Source of the DNA: Methanobacteriota archaeon
GTDB lineage: Archaea > Thermoplasmatota > Poseidoniia > Poseidoniales > Thalassarchaeaceae
NCBI GenBank assembly: GCA_011523055.1
Contig: WTHQ01000039.1
Coordinates: 12,263 to 76,262 of the forward strand
Length of the DNA stretch: 64,000 bases
Reading direction: 5' to 3'
Below the pieces are notes generated by a model. It saw nothing but the letters and a program-made list of their open reading frames with translations, was not told the origin of the DNA and did not search any database. Made by a program: the position numbers and the translations under genes. This document shows positions 39,849 to 50,254 of the stretch, piece by piece (the first letter of the stretch is position 1; every line of letters begins with the position of its first letter).

Positions 39849-41504
39849 GTGGCCAGAGAATTAATTCGATTGGAAGGGGTGCACAGGTCCTTCGGCCCAA
39901 CAACAGTTCTTGAAGGTGTAAACGTTAGGATAGAGGAAGGAGATAGGATTGGAATTGTCGGTCACAATGGTGCGGGAAAAACAACCTTACTGAGGACCAT
40001 CTCACAGCAGGATCAAGATTTGGGAGAGATCTCACTTGCGCCCGGATTGAGGATTGCATTCCTAACTCAAGTAAGGGATATTGCCGAAGGTGCGACATTA
40101 CAGGAAGAATTGAGTCGAAAGGGGCGGCAATTTGAGGAAATAGACGTAGAGCTAGCCAATATTGAGGAGAGGATGGCAGACCCGTCCTTCTACGAAGGAG
40201 ATTGGCAAGCAGATATCGATCGTTACCAGGAGTTGCAAAGCATGAATGCTAAATCGGGCGGCGCGAACGTCGCGAGTAGGGCCCAGGAAATTCTCCGGGC
40301 TCTCGATCTGTCGCAACATCCAATGGACACACAACTCGACCTCCTCTCTGGTGGGGAGAGGGCTAAAGTAGCACTCGCTAGGCAGCTGGTTGGTCTGTCT
40401 GAGATCGAAGTTTTCTTCCTGGACGAGCCAACCAATCACCTGGACCTTGAAACACTAGACTGGCTTGAGCAATTTTTACTCGAATTTGACGGAGCAATCG
40501 TCGTTGTCAGTCATGATAGATATTTTCTGGATAGGATATGCAACGCGATACTCGAAGTACAGGACGCCCATGTGAAGGGATACGTGGGTGATTATTCCTC
40601 CTACCTAAGGCAAAAGGCCCTTTTCCTTCAGACCCTTGACGATCGTATCGAGAAGACGCAGAAGGAGCTTCGCCGGCTTAAAGGGGCGGTTCAATCGATG
40701 AAGTCAGCCAATAAGTACGACAAGTCCATCTCTCAGAAGCATGTGATGATCAATCGCGCGCAGCGCGAATTGAAGTGGCTTAGGTCACTGAAACCAAAGT
40801 CTCGACGTGGCCTGAAGTTCTCACTAGAGTCGAGTGAGAAGTCCAGTCTTGAGGTTCTTGACATCAAGAATGGAAAGTTGACTTTCAGTGAGTTGGATCG
40901 CCCTATTTTTGACTCGATTGAGATCGGAGTTAGGAGAGGTCAGAAAATAGGGGTTGTAGGTGGGAATGGAGCGGGTAAAACCACGCTTCTGAGGACTATA
41001 ATGGGGGAATTGAAGTTGGACGAGGGAAGTGTCGATGTGAGGCCGGGTGTGAAGGTCGGTTACTTCCACCAAGATCACAGATCATTAGATTTCAATCTAA
41101 CACCAATCGAACAGATTAGGTTTTTGAAGCCGAGGATGGAATATGGGGAAATTAGGGCATTATTGGGGCAATTCCAATTTACAAAGGACATGGTGGAAAC
41201 GAAACTCAGTTCCTTGAGCGGAGGAGAGAGGGCGCGCATTGCTTTGCTCAAATTGTTGCTGGAGGAAAATAATCTACTACTGCTGGACGAGCCCACTAAC
41301 CACCTCGACACGGATGCAAAAGAGGCTTTGGAGGAGGCCTTGGTCGGATACGATGGGAGTATTATCACGGTTAGTCACGACCGGTGGTTCCTCGACAAAG
41401 TGTGTGATACCATTTGGGAAGTTCCCGGAGACGGTCGTGTGGTTGTGTGGCCCGGAAACTACAGTAGATACATGGAGAGGGTTCGCAGAAGAAAAATCGG
41501 TTAG
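39849..41504 (+). CDS. ABC-F family ATPase
   Basis: Two NBDs (GHNGAGKTT, GGNGAGKTT; LSGGE x2; LDEPTNHLD x2; SHDRxFLD x2), interdomain linker, no TM. Confidence 0.93.
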   Translation: MARELIRLEGVHRSFGPTTVLEGVNVRIEEGDRIGIVGHNGAGKTTLLRTISQQDQDLGEISLAPGLRIAFLTQVRDIAEGATLQEELSRKGRQFEEIDVELANIEERMADPSFYEGDWQADIDRYQELQSMNAKSGGANVASRAQEILRALDLSQHPMDTQLDLLSGGERAKVALARQLVGLSEIEVFFLDEPTNHLDLETLDWLEQFLLEFDGAIVVVSHDRYFLDRICNAILEVQDAHVKGYVGDYSSYLRQKALFLQTLDDRIEKTQKELRRLKGAVQSMKSANKYDKSISQKHVMINRAQRELKWLRSLKPKSRRGLKFSLESSEKSSLEVLDIKNGKLTFSELDRPIFDSIEIGVRRGQKIGVVGGNGAGKTTLLRTIMGELKLDEGSVDVRPGVKVGYFHQDHRSLDFNLTPIEQIRFLKPRMEYGEIRALLGQFQFTKDMVETKLSSLSGGERARIALLKLLLEENNLLLLDEPTNHLDTDAKEALEEALVGYDGSIITVSHDRWFLDKVCDTIWEVPGDGRVVVWPGNYSRYMERVRRRKIG

Positions 41505-41542
41505 AGAAGAAGATGGTTGAATCCATTTGTTGGGCCATCTAC

Positions 41543-42661
41543 TCATATGCCCCAATGACGATTTGCATTGGGATCATCTTCCTCATTCCGGAGAGAGTCG
41601 ACTACGACCCTCAAAAGGTAGTAGAAGACCACCGACATGAAGGGCAAGCCCCAGTCATCAACTACGGTTGAAACCGAGGGCTGATAATCCGGCCACTCTT
41701 GAAAAAGTTTGACTGTCGCATTGATGAATGCGTAGGCCACCAGTCCAAGTCCTATCATGAGTATTGACTGGCCACGGAATGTCCCCTCCTTCCAGCGTAA
41801 TACCCCTAAGGATAGTGAGAAGCATACGCCTGCAATTACAAGCCACTGCAAAGCCTCATCTATTGCACGTGCCCAAATCCATAGGTTTGATTTGTTGCCA
41901 TAAGCTGCGTTGTCGGTAAATATATCGAAGGCCGCAAGTATGCTGAAAAGGACAGATACTACGGATACCGCCCAGAGAAGGGAGGAGAATAGACCTCCAG
42001 AGGCACTGCTACGCATATCGTCAAACAATCGTTCCAATTGTTGTTCCCATCCTAGTCCCTTCGCTAGAATCCATCCTCCGATAATTAGTGGGAGTGAGCC
42101 AATTAGGATATTTCCATACTTCGGCATGATCAGACCGAGGCCAAGAATAAGCAGGAATGTCGCTATGGGAACCAGTAACCTTGCTCTCCATCTTGGGTCC
42201 TCTATTGCCTTGGCGATGTAATAGTAGGTGCTTTCAATTCCCTTTGATTGTCTTACAATGATCTTCTCTATGTGATCAATTCTTACTCGTGATGATATGA
42301 TTGGTATCGAAGCTTCATCCTCCGCGCCATCTGTAACAAGAACGGCTGTATCTGGTTGGAAGAGGCGTATAACTTCGTCTAATTGGCTCGCTATCGCTCG
42401 ATCGCTCCTTGGACCCACGCGGACATCCCCTGTGAGAATCGCCACTTCTACCCCGTCACTGGTGTCGGATTTCTCTACCAGCCTGTCATGGTGGTGCAAT
42501 GCTCCCATAATTGCATTGGTGTCGCTTTCCTCAGGATCGGCAATTCCCAGTCTCAGAGCGGCAGTTAACGTTGCCTTGCGCCCGATTACGGGCCCCCGGA
42601 CTCCAGCTTTCACGCCGAGGTCATTATCTCGGTCGACCGTGATGACAAGTGTCCTGACCAT
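41543..42661 (-). CDS. DUF373 family membrane protein
   Basis: LVITVDRDNDLG, DPEESDTN, VTDGAEDE, VRQSKGIESTYY, C-terminal TMs. Confidence 0.9.
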   Translation of the reverse strand: MVRTLVITVDRDNDLGVKAGVRGPVIGRKATLTAALRLGIADPEESDTNAIMGALHHHDRLVEKSDTSDGVEVAILTGDVRVGPRSDRAIASQLDEVIRLFQPDTAVLVTDGAEDEASIPIISSRVRIDHIEKIIVRQSKGIESTYYYIAKAIEDPRWRARLLVPIATFLLILGLGLIMPKYGNILIGSLPLIIGGWILAKGLGWEQQLERLFDDMRSSASGGLFSSLLWAVSVVSVLFSILAAFDIFTDNAAYGNKSNLWIWARAIDEALQWLVIAGVCFSLSLGVLRWKEGTFRGQSILMIGLGLVAYAFINATVKLFQEWPDYQPSVSTVVDDWGLPFMSVVFYYLLRVVVDSLRNEEDDPNANRHWGI

Positions 42662-42735
42662 GTCGCCTCGTTTTACAGAAGTTGGATCGAGGATTTGAAC
42701 TGTTTGTTCGTACGATTATCACCACTATGTTCGAT

Positions 42736-43857
42736 CTATGTGGTGACTGGCCCAATCTTCGATCGAGAACGCTGCTTGGCCCTCATATACTTGAGTGGGT
42801 GAGTCAGCCACTCCTGATCACACAGGCGGTCATCACCAGGTCCAACAGGGCATCTAGCCGCTGCCTTGAGAGCCGCGCAACCATGGGGAGTGTATTCGCG
42901 CTCATACACATGACCGACTTGGTACGAGGTTGTCTGGGGATCATAATCTGGCGCACCCTCAAAAAAGGAACATGTCATTTCGACCGGGATACCCATGCTC
43001 TTCCCCATAGCTGCAACGAAAACCCGACCAACATGATTCACGTTTACGCCAGAGGCGAGCTCCTCTATCGAGGAAGAAAAGCAGGGGGGCCAGTCTTCTC
43101 TCGTGGCGGCAGAGATCGGAACCTCAGATCTAATTTGTGATCCGAAGAGGTCCATTATGCGAGTGACCTCTTCTCCCAACCTATCTGCTAACTCTTCTGA
43201 TATCTTCATCATGCTCTCCCTACTCCTTGAAATCAAATCTTCTCTGATTCTTTCCTTCACCAATCTCGCAACACGTTGGGCACTAGTTTCTCCAGAGGCA
43301 GGATCTAGGGTGACCCAACCCCCAATCACCGGTCTGTTTACAAGTCTCCAGTACGAACCAGAGATTCTTGGGCATAGCTCCAAGAAATCGCTAAGTGGGA
43401 CCGAATAGACCTGACGGCCATCTCGAATTTCCCTCTTCAAGGAGGAGATATATGTCATCACAATATCCTCGAAAAATGTCTCATCTAATCCTATGTTCTT
43501 ATCCGCTAGGCTCGATTCGCCCTCCGCCCACCTGGAGATTAGCCTCTCATCATGGGATGCGCACACAACCAAGAATGCATACTGATAGGCTGCGAGCGAG
43601 AAGAGTCTTGATGCCTCGTTGGCAAGGTCTACGGTTGCCATGGGCTCGGCTTCTGACTTGTGTAAGATTGACTCCACTAGCCTCAAGCGACCCAGTGACC
43701 TGGCCTCCTCCAACCATCCCTGTTCTAGAATCGCATCAATATCGATACCGTTCTCATCGAATATGGTCCGCATATGAGATCTGGCTTGGGGAAGGAATGG
43801 ATATCTTGCCAGAGCACTGTGGTTCGAAAGTTCCGGAGGGACTCCAGGCATGGGCAT
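42736..43857 (-). CDS. priL: DNA primase large subunit
   Basis: ARYPFLP, WPPC, NHVGR, PDYD..TTSYQV.H, YTPHGC...C...C, HPLKY. Confidence 0.9.
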   Translation of the reverse strand: MPMPGVPPELSNHSALARYPFLPQARSHMRTIFDENGIDIDAILEQGWLEEARSLGRLRLVESILHKSEAEPMATVDLANEASRLFSLAAYQYAFLVVCASHDERLISRWAEGESSLADKNIGLDETFFEDIVMTYISSLKREIRDGRQVYSVPLSDFLELCPRISGSYWRLVNRPVIGGWVTLDPASGETSAQRVARLVKERIREDLISRSRESMMKISEELADRLGEEVTRIMDLFGSQIRSEVPISAATREDWPPCFSSSIEELASGVNVNHVGRVFVAAMGKSMGIPVEMTCSFFEGAPDYDPQTTSYQVGHVYEREYTPHGCAALKAAARCPVGPGDDRLCDQEWLTHPLKYMRAKQRSRSKIGPVTT

Positions 43858-43910
43858 GGTGCCTTACGATACCCGGCAGGGTTCTTGAACGCTCATGGCG
43901 ACCATGCATC

Positions 43911-44651
43911 ATGATCAGGGACGGTAATCTGTTGGTAGATGAGAAACTGATCCAGTTTCAAGATGATATAAGGGCTGAATTTAGATGGTCCTTGGATCGA
44001 GACTTTAATGTTGCTAACTGGCTAATAACCGAATTGACTTCTAATGTTCCTAAAAGGCGAACTGTCGATGACTTGTACAGCACATGGGCCAGCATAAAAA
44101 ATGAAATCTGCTCGCATGAGGGCACCATTGCGATCGTTGGAGCAGCGGTAGAGATTGCTGAGATTGAAATTGCCATGGGCCAAGGATGTAAATTTATTCT
44201 CGCAGATGGATCTGGTGAAATCTTCAGTGAGCTTGAACACCCCCAAGAGGGATGGGGATCTGTGGCTGGGGTTGTATCTGACGGAGATGGAGGCAGAGGT
44301 CTCTCAATGTCCATACAGAATGGGATTCCGATGATTATTCACGCTCATGGTGACAATCGGAAAGCATTGGAGGAATTGATCCCCAGAGTGGGCAATCTAC
44401 CCATTGCAATTACCCACCAAACACCATTTTCAATTGATGGCATGATGAATCCCGGGGGTTTCACCGACGGAGATAGGGCCGTTTGCATTGCTGTCTCGAT
44501 GGGGGTCGATGTAGGGAACATCATTCTTTTAGGGACGAGGTCCGATATTGTTGGGCGGTTCTCAGGAGTTACTGATCCCGAAAGAAAAATTAGGAAGCTA
44601 AGGTGGATGAAGAAAATTCTGAATGAGCTTGGGTTTTCGAAAGTCAGATGA
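43911..44651 (+). CDS. mptE: 6-hydroxymethyl-7,8-dihydropterin pyrophosphokinase (MptE/DUF115)
   Basis: ADG, VSDGDG, HAHGDN, NPGGFTDGDRA, K.RKL.W; true start about 43911. Confidence 0.85.
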   Translation: MIRDGNLLVDEKLIQFQDDIRAEFRWSLDRDFNVANWLITELTSNVPKRRTVDDLYSTWASIKNEICSHEGTIAIVGAAVEIAEIEIAMGQGCKFILADGSGEIFSELEHPQEGWGSVAGVVSDGDGGRGLSMSIQNGIPMIIHAHGDNRKALEELIPRVGNLPIAITHQTPFSIDGMMNPGGFTDGDRAVCIAVSMGVDVGNIILLGTRSDIVGRFSGVTDPERKIRKLRWMKKILNELGFSKVR

Positions 44652-47600
44652 AGTCTCCCAATGTCATTACCGTGACCTTGTCATTTTCTAGCAAGGATTC
44701 GACACTTTCTTCCATCCACTTGACCCTTTGCTCTGTGTATAGGTCGATTCCGTACTTCTCCATGACCCTGTTTGTGACACCAATGTACTTCGTGACCGCA
44801 CCTGGTGAAACGGTCAATGTGAGGTTTCCTCCACAGAACATTCCATTGTCATGGTCGGATGAGCCTCCCAATCGTCGCGTGGAGGCATGCCTAGCTACCT
44901 TGGCCATACAGGAGCCACTCAATGGTATCCTCCTGTAAGAGGCATTGCACTTCACACATCGTATCTTTTGTCTTGTAAATGCTACAAGATTGCCCCGTAT
45001 ATCCCTCAGGAAATGAGATTCAATCACTTGTTTTGCTACCCTCTTAACAGAGACTGCCCTGAGTTTGGATGCCAATGTAAGTTGGGCGTCCATCTTCTCT
45101 TCCATTGTTGGTAGTAGCTTGTATTGTGAGTTAGTTGGGCCAGAGCTCAATCCAGCTGAGTCATGAGTCCACCCGTATCCTCGGACATCTCCAATGCCAC
45201 CAAGGCGATTTTCTACAATGTCGATCAGTTGTTTCACCTCAGATGAGTGAGGCTGAGTAAGGCTGGCATTATAGAATTCTGGGGGGTATGCCCAGGAGCA
45301 ATCAACATTGAGAGCTTCCTTGTCTATCTGATTGGGTAGCAGGCAAGTCGTCAATACCAACGGGGCGTCCATCTGGCCGCCCCGATTAGCTGGTAGTATG
45401 TCCCTTGAAAAATTCAACAACCCCTCCAACAACAACATCACACAGTCTTCGTCTCCATCGCAATTACGTCTCTTCGCTGCATGGAAGAGTGGATGAGCAT
45501 ACCCCGCGGAGGCGTCAGTCCATCCGATTATTCTACAGAGTACACCACCTGAGGTATGTGGTGCAAGCCCTATACCAAGGTGTCCAACCAGGTCTTTCTT
45601 CGATTTGTAATTGAAGAAGGGTTCCATACCGTAAATCTTAGTCAGCTCGTCGTCAACGAACTTACATGTTCTGGAGAGGTGTGATTCTGCATTTGATGAC
45701 AGAATGATGTCTTGGGGGAAGATTTCCACAACTTGCTCGTCTGAGTTCAGTGCATTTCCATCCATATCCGTTTTGTACCCCATCTCAACTAATTCTCTCC
45801 AGGGCGTGCCTATCTCGATTGGTCGGAAATGAGTCAATGGCACATCAATCATGTCGAATCTCGAAGTTCCGTCTTTGTTCACTGAAACGTCATGTAATGC
45901 TCTCAGAATCCCCTTTTCCAACGGCTCGGGGGTCTGCAGCCTTGACTCCAGTTGCCTCGTCGCCTTGATTGGGCGTGGCAGGGAATTGAGGTTCAGGTTT
46001 CTTCTGGCAGACTCCAGAAGGCTGGTAAATTGAACGCTTCTTTTCTCCCCCAGCCTTCTATCTGTGCTTTTTTTCCTCCTGATTTCTGTCCTTCCATTGC
46101 ATGTAGGGGAGCCGTCACCGTAATCGTGACGACAGCGTATTTCGTGTGTATCTCTACCGCAAATTGTGCAACGTCTGATACTTACGTCGACGCTTAATGC
46201 CCCTTTTCCTATCTGATCTAGCAATCTTTGGGGGCCGCCATTGTTGCCTATTGGGTAGAGTGCATGTGTGTATTGTTTCATTTCTCTTCTCTCGGCCTTC
46301 TCCGGCCTTCCCATCCTAGCGCCGATTCTAGTTGGAACAGCATCCTCCCATCGATGTTTTGAAACACTTCTAACTATGTACAGTGATTTCTCGACCTTGT
46401 CATCATCCAGGGTTTTCTTCGCATTCTCTAGTTCTGTATTGTTTTTTGGACCGGGGTCATGTATCTCGGACGCCGCGGCGACCCCAATGGCCTCAGTCTC
46501 CTCGACGCCAAGATTTCTTTGCCTGGCCTCAGTTTCGGCCCTAATTCTTCTTTCCGTCCTCAAGTTCTCTATCTTCGCGAGTCGGTTGTCCTCTGAAAGC
46601 ACAATCGCCTTTGCTGCATCTATCTTTTGCAATCTCAGTTCTGTTTGCTTCAAGATCAATGGGTTCCCAGTGTGCCCATGGCCAGGGATGAAAACCTCGC
46701 ACAAAGGTTCCCAATACCTTTCAATTACAATGTTGTTGCCCTCTAGTTTATGCTCGACGCCCAACAACATCAAGCAGTATCTAACTGCCCCGTATTCTCT
46801 GATTTGCTCGTCTTGATCTTTTTCAATGCCTTCGATAGCCTCATCAGCATCCTCTATGGGTATTATCATCTTCCCGTGCTTTCTGACGGAGTTTTGTACT
46901 GCGTGGAACAACATGGGAAGCAGGGGAACTGGCAGGTCCGACCACCATAGATTCCAGGGGGGAGGGATTGCCGTGCCAAATTCCTCGGTTATCTCAATTG
47001 CTTGCTCCCAAGATAGTTCCAGGTTCCTCAGCCTCCAGTTCCAGTCTCTCTTTCGAGTTTGTCGTTCATACCTTGGTTCTCCTCCCCTAGTGATCGCACC
47101 ATTAAACGGGAGTCCTTCTGGGAATGAGGAAGAGTCGGCCTCGAGTATTTTGAAAAGCAATTCCAACTTTTCTGGCATGTCGATTTTGGAAGCTAACTCG
47201 CTAGCCCACCAATCACGATTATACCCTGACGGCACTAGATTCTTGTTGTTTTCAAGGAACTCTCCAAAACCAATGAGTATCTCGCCCGCATCCCAGATCT
47301 GGTGGATTTGACTGCTCAATTCATTCCATTGATCCTCATCATTGATCCTGATGAAGTCTCCATTTTCTAACAGAACGAGGGGGCCATCTATCCCAGAGGT
47401 CGGTGTCACGGCACATGCCTTTCCTGGGCGCTCGATCTTCATCTGGGTGCCCACCGAGAGGAAGCCCCCCATGGCATGCATACTTGCAGGGTTGAGTCCT
47501 GCAGCGGCAAGCCCTGTTGTTCTACTTCTGCCGTACCTGAGTCTGAATCCACCTGGTTTCGAGGGTTCCCCGAAAACAGGTCTACCTGCAATTATGTCCC

Positions 47601-48573
47601 CCATATATCGAGAGTCTGGTTTTACATATCTCTGTTTCAACTTCGATTCTTTCTGATCTTCGTTCTTGCCTTTTGAGGCTAGTGTGTCGATGAATTCCCA
47701 GCCCTGGACACCCAATCTGTCAGTGTGTTTCTTTATCTTCGGGGCTTTCAAACATAGGCCCTCTGCAATGACCAGCAGAACACCCTGTCTGATTCTGGAG
47801 CCCTCTATGTTGGGAACCTCGCGATATCCTGCTACCTCAATCCTTTCCGTTCCCTCGCCATTGACCATTACCGGACATGCACGGACTATCATGTCCACCT
47901 CCTCGGGAGGGGGCTTGTATTGCAGGCCACCTCTGTACAATCCAAATTCTTCTTTGACGCGTTCCACTTCTCCCTCACTTGGTTTGTACCTATCTATACC
48001 GAGTTCTCGACGTATCACGTCACCGATCAGAACTCCCATCGCTTGTGCCGTGCCGCCTGCTGCCCTAATCGGGCCACAGAAATCGATTGAAAGAAAGGAG
48101 GAGCCGTCTTCTTGATTGGTCAGGATTCTTACTTCACCGATCCCCTCCAACGGAGCAACTAGAACTGCCTCGGTCAGGACGGCTAAGCCTACCCTTAGGC
48201 CTGTGTCTATGGACTTCTGTAATTCTCCCGTTAGTTCATGCATCACCTTCGCAGATTCTGTTGCTATTGTGATGGATGCTGATTCTCGATCTACTGAATC
48301 TAATAGGCTCCGTAACCGCTCTTCAATTTGGATCGGGCTACTATCTGGTTCTGGCCTGAGGTACCTATCCAACAACCTAACTGTTCTGCTTGCGAGATCT
48401 TTCGCCCTTGGAATTTCTACCTCTGTCTTGAAATCCATTCCCTTCGACCTTGCTTCATTCGCTATGTTGTAGATTGTCTCCGTTTTGGCTTCGATTAGGT
48501 CCAAATAAGCCTCATACTCGTCTGATAAAAGACCAACATCTCTCGTCGACTCGAATTCGTTCACCGCATCCAC
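44644..48573 (-). CDS. polC: DNA polymerase D large subunit (DP2), no intein
   Basis: GPIRAAGGTA, GGFRLRYGR, IGARMGRPEK, GLAPHTS, HAAKRRNCDGDED, C-terminal Zn finger and PIP-like TLGDFI. Confidence 0.97.
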   Translation of the reverse strand: MDAVNEFESTRDVGLLSDEYEAYLDLIEAKTETIYNIANEARSKGMDFKTEVEIPRAKDLASRTVRLLDRYLRPEPDSSPIQIEERLRSLLDSVDRESASITIATESAKVMHELTGELQKSIDTGLRVGLAVLTEAVLVAPLEGIGEVRILTNQEDGSSFLSIDFCGPIRAAGGTAQAMGVLIGDVIRRELGIDRYKPSEGEVERVKEEFGLYRGGLQYKPPPEEVDMIVRACPVMVNGEGTERIEVAGYREVPNIEGSRIRQGVLLVIAEGLCLKAPKIKKHTDRLGVQGWEFIDTLASKGKNEDQKESKLKQRYVKPDSRYMGDIIAGRPVFGEPSKPGGFRLRYGRSRTTGLAAAGLNPASMHAMGGFLSVGTQMKIERPGKACAVTPTSGIDGPLVLLENGDFIRINDEDQWNELSSQIHQIWDAGEILIGFGEFLENNKNLVPSGYNRDWWASELASKIDMPEKLELLFKILEADSSSFPEGLPFNGAITRGGEPRYERQTRKRDWNWRLRNLELSWEQAIEITEEFGTAIPPPWNLWWSDLPVPLLPMLFHAVQNSVRKHGKMIIPIEDADEAIEGIEKDQDEQIREYGAVRYCLMLLGVEHKLEGNNIVIERYWEPLCEVFIPGHGHTGNPLILKQTELRLQKIDAAKAIVLSEDNRLAKIENLRTERRIRAETEARQRNLGVEETEAIGVAAASEIHDPGPKNNTELENAKKTLDDDKVEKSLYIVRSVSKHRWEDAVPTRIGARMGRPEKAERREMKQYTHALYPIGNNGGPQRLLDQIGKGALSVDVSIRRCTICGRDTHEIRCRHDYGDGSPTCNGRTEIRRKKSTDRRLGEKRSVQFTSLLESARRNLNLNSLPRPIKATRQLESRLQTPEPLEKGILRALHDVSVNKDGTSRFDMIDVPLTHFRPIEIGTPWRELVEMGYKTDMDGNALNSDEQVVEIFPQDIILSSNAESHLSRTCKFVDDELTKIYGMEPFFNYKSKKDLVGHLGIGLAPHTSGGVLCRIIGWTDASAGYAHPLFHAAKRRNCDGDEDCVMLLLEGLLNFSRDILPANRGGQMDAPLVLTTCLLPNQIDKEALNVDCSWAYPPEFYNASLTQPHSSEVKQLIDIVENRLGGIGDVRGYGWTHDSAGLSSGPTNSQYKLLPTMEEKMDAQLTLASKLRAVSVKRVAKQVIESHFLRDIRGNLVAFTRQKIRCVKCNASYRRIPLSGSCMAKVARHASTRRLGGSSDHDNGMFCGGNLTLTVSPGAVTKYIGVTNRVMEKYGIDLYTEQRVKWMEESVESLLENDKVTVMTLGDFI

Positions 48574-48681
48574 CAGCCCTTAGGTATCTCGGACACGAAC
48601 AAGACGACAAAAGAACATTCGGAATTAGTTTCCATAAATTGCTGCCAAGGTTCATTGATCAGTCTCTGTCAGTGCGTGCTG

Positions 48682-49266
48682 ATGGCGCACAACCCGAGTG
48701 AGGTCAAACTTCAGCTTTCGGAAAATGTGAAGCGGCTAGCCTACCTTTATTCGCCAGATGATCAATTCACACTTGCCAGTGGCAGGAGAAGCTCACATTT
48801 TTTCGATATGAAACCGGTGATGATGGATCCTGAATCAGCTCATCTGATTGGAATAATGGCCCATGAGATACTGAAAGGCTTGGGTGAGGTAAATGCAGTG
48901 GGCGGATTGGAGTTGGGGGCTGTACCTCTGACTGGAATTGTGATTGCAAAGTCCGGTAAAGGTAGCAAACTAAGAGGATTTATTGTCAGAAAGGAGCCTA
49001 AGGGGAGAGGGGGGAGGAAAACAGGCAATCCCCCTGGAATAGAGGGCTCAACCGTGCAAGAGGGAGATCGAGTGGTTCTCTTGGAAGATGTCACAACAAC
49101 AGGTGGTTCTGCGATAAAATGTGCTGACGTTTTGGAGGAGGTTGGCTGCCATGTGATTGGTTGCATAACCATACTGGACAGAGAGGAAGGTGGAGTCACC
49201 GCTTTTAGAGAAAGGGGCATACCCCTCTTCCCGCTGCTTAGGAAGTCAGATATCGCAGGTAATTGA
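48682..49266 (+). CDS. pyrE: Orotate phosphoribosyltransferase
   Basis: FTLASG, GGLELGAVP, VRKEPK, LLEDVTTTGGS, LDREEG. Confidence 0.95.
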   Translation: MAHNPSEVKLQLSENVKRLAYLYSPDDQFTLASGRRSSHFFDMKPVMMDPESAHLIGIMAHEILKGLGEVNAVGGLELGAVPLTGIVIAKSGKGSKLRGFIVRKEPKGRGGRKTGNPPGIEGSTVQEGDRVVLLEDVTTTGGSAIKCADVLEEVGCHVIGCITILDREEGGVTAFRERGIPLFPLLRKSDIAGN

Positions 49267-49662
49267 ATGTCCGAAGACTTGATTCGTCGAAGTGAACCCT
49301 TCCATCCGAAGAAACTCAGAAGAAAAGCGAACGTTAGTCCTGAGTCTTTTTTCGAATTGGACCTTAGGTCGGGTGTTATAACAAGTGTAGAGTCGTTTCC
49401 AGAAATGAATAAGCCCTCATACAAAATTGAGGTTGACTTTGGGCCTGTAACCGGGCGTCTCTGGAGCTCTGCTCAGATCTGCAATTATGAGCCAGAAGAG
49501 TTGATTGGAAAAAGTGTAGTTGGAGTTTTGAACATAGGTCAGAAGTCCCTCCCAACGGGCTTCTTGAGCCATTTTTTAATCTTAGCAGCACTGGACCCAG
49601 ATGGAACAGCGCGCCTTTTGGAAGTACCTGATGGGATTGAATGCGGCTCCAAAATTGCTTGA
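49267..49662 (+). CDS. csaA: CsaA/Trbp111-like tRNA-binding OB-fold protein
   Basis: FFELDLRSG, KPSYKIEVDFG, SSAQI. Confidence 0.85.
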   Translation: MSEDLIRRSEPFHPKKLRRKANVSPESFFELDLRSGVITSVESFPEMNKPSYKIEVDFGPVTGRLWSSAQICNYEPEELIGKSVVGVLNIGQKSLPTGFLSHFLILAALDPDGTARLLEVPDGIECGSKIA

Positions 49663-49706
49663 GGGGCAGCGTTACCATATTGGACTAGTTCATCCTCGTG
49701 AGATGC

Positions 49707-50192
49707 ATGCCAACCACTGTGAGGATGACGACAAGCGCTGGAGATATCGATATCGCATTGTATACTGAGGACTGTCCTGAAACAGCAGGAAATTTCCTGA
49801 AACTAGTGGATGATGGATTTTACAATGGTTTGCACTTCCACCGGGTAATCAAGGGTTTCATGATTCAAGGAGGATGCCCAAGGTCGAAGGACCCCTTCGA
49901 CGGCAGGGCTGGCACCGGTGGCCCTGGATGGAAGATTCCCTGTGAAACATCTGCTCTGGCTAAAAAGCACGATCGAGCTGGGTTATTTTCCATGGCCAAT
50001 GCTGGGCCAAATACTGGTGGTTCCCAATTCTTCCTTACGACGGTACCAACGCCATGGTTGGATGGAAATCATGCAATTTTCGGGGAGGTCGTATCAGGCA
50101 TGGAAGCCGTGTACAAGATTGAGGGCGCTGAAACTCGACCCGGGGACCGTCCAATAGACCCTCAAAAAATCGTGAGCGTGCAACGTTTGTAG
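49707..50192 (+). CDS. Cyclophilin-type peptidyl-prolyl isomerase
   Basis: FHRVIKGFMIQGG, SMANAGPNTGGSQFF, WLDGNHAIFG. Confidence 0.96.
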   Translation: MPTTVRMTTSAGDIDIALYTEDCPETAGNFLKLVDDGFYNGLHFHRVIKGFMIQGGCPRSKDPFDGRAGTGGPGWKIPCETSALAKKHDRAGLFSMANAGPNTGGSQFFLTTVPTPWLDGNHAIFGEVVSGMEAVYKIEGAETRPGDRPIDPQKIVSVQRL

Positions 50193-50213
50193 TAGCGGCT
50201 CGGAAGTTAGATG

Positions 50214-50243
50214 CATTTGATTAATTTTATTAATAATTAAATG
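50214..50243. promoter_or_regulatory. Inverted repeat straddling the fumC TATA box (candidate operator)
   Basis: CATTTGATTA-N10-TAATTAAATG (9/10 match) around TTTTATTA at 50225, 30 nt upstream of ATG 50255. Confidence 0.45.
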
Positions 50244-50254
50244 AGTTTAGCCAC

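Noticed and set aside
43395-43910. Long N-terminal extension of the mptE ORF (similarly the 18099, 27740 and 34693 starts)
   Set aside because: Overlaps a confident neighbouring gene; artefact of first-start ORF calling
45440-45490. Possible intein in DP2
   Set aside because: The usual insertion site RRN/CDGDED is uninterrupted
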